From assembly GCA_963822405.1 (NCBI GenBank), contig CAWGHH010000002.1, forward strand, positions 107,703 to 171,702: DNA of 64,000 nt, in the 5' to 3' direction. Source of the DNA: Candidatus Uhrbacteria bacterium (GTDB taxonomy: Bacteria > Patescibacteriota > Patescibacteriia > UBA9934). Below, piece by piece: positions 63,550 through 64,000 of the stretch; position 1 is the first letter of the stretch; the number at the start of each line of letters is the position of its first letter. The notes beneath the pieces are model-generated. The model worked only from the letters and a program-made list of their open reading frames with translations. It made no database searches and had not been told where the DNA came from. A program made the translations under genes and the position numbers.

Positions 63550-64000
63550 ATGAATACCATTCTCCAAAATCAAATAAATACATATCTTGGGAAGCATTTT
63601 GTATTTTCCGCAAACATGCAGGATTTATTCCAGGTGATCAGTGAGACTTATGAACGCGCAGAAAAAGAAAAGTTGTCGATTGAGCAGTCTCGAGAATTAG
63701 TATTAGCCGATTCATTGAAGAACAATGAGAGTCTCAAGCAGTCTGTTTTAGAACTTTCAAAAACAAAAATTGGGATGATGAACCTGTTAGAGGATTTGGA
63801 CATTGAAAAACAGGGCATTGAGCAAATAGTTCATGAGCGTACTAAACAATTGAGCGATGAAAAAGATAGAATAGAAACTCTGGTAGAGGGCATGGGAGAG
63901 GGTGTGGTGGCGGTTGATCGTTTTGGGAAGATTGTACTTTGGAATAAAACTGCCATTAGTTTGACCGGTTGGAAGGCGGAAGAGGCGACCGGTAAACCGT
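63550..64000 (+). CDS. PAS-domain sensor protein, N-terminal part (runs off the window)
   Basis: Coiled-coil linker, then TLVEGMGEGVVAVDRFGKIVLWNKTAISLTGWKAEEATGKP, the start of a PAS fold. No stop before 64000. Confidence 0.5.
   Translation, partial: MNTILQNQINTYLGKHFVFSANMQDLFQVISETYERAEKEKLSIEQSRELVLADSLKNNESLKQSVLELSKTKIGMMNLLEDLDIEKQGIEQIVHERTKQLSDEKDRIETLVEGMGEGVVAVDRFGKIVLWNKTAISLTGWKAEEATGKP

Noticed and set aside
1-64000. CRISPR arrays, rRNA genes, IS/transposase genes
   Set aside because: I scanned for regularly spaced direct repeats and for transposase or integrase motifs (DDE, tyrosine recombinase R..H..R..Y) and found none. The only nucleotide-level tandem repetition is coding (the heptad lipoprotein and the Cys-repeat gene).

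Overview
Dense 64-kb bacterial window with roughly 47% GC overall. Coding is mostly on the + strand, genes are short and often abut or overlap at start/stop, and there is one tRNA. The gene content suggests a small-genome, possibly episymbiotic bacterium of the Candidate Phyla Radiation (Patescibacteria) type; this is inference, not proven. The content comprises a split division/cell-wall cluster (mraZ-rsmH-ftsL at 0.4-2.0 kb; ftsI-murF at 41-44 kb), a type IV pilus locus, housekeeping genes (gpmI, cca, uvrD, malic enzyme, glmS, dnaG, rpoD, typA), class I ribonucleotide reductase (nrdB-nrdA), and two toxin-antitoxin-like loci. Accessory-looking content includes a 1863-aa secreted repeat protein that shares a C-terminal domain with a second, frameshifted, secreted protein. 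It also includes a lipoprotein made of 37 uninterrupted 7-residue repeats, a 695-aa protein with five ~90-aa repeats, a GIY-YIG gene bracketed by perfect 25-bp inverted repeats, and a family of GC-rich palindromic intergenic elements. A consensus sigma70 promoter drives an ORF-less ~390-nt transcript, which is a candidate ncRNA. A ~2-kb gene at ~65% GC encodes Myxococcus-type Cys-rich repeats and is a candidate horizontal acquisition or assembly chimera. No CRISPR array, rRNA or intact transposase was seen. All calls rest on reading the six-frame translations and the raw sequence; no database search could be run.
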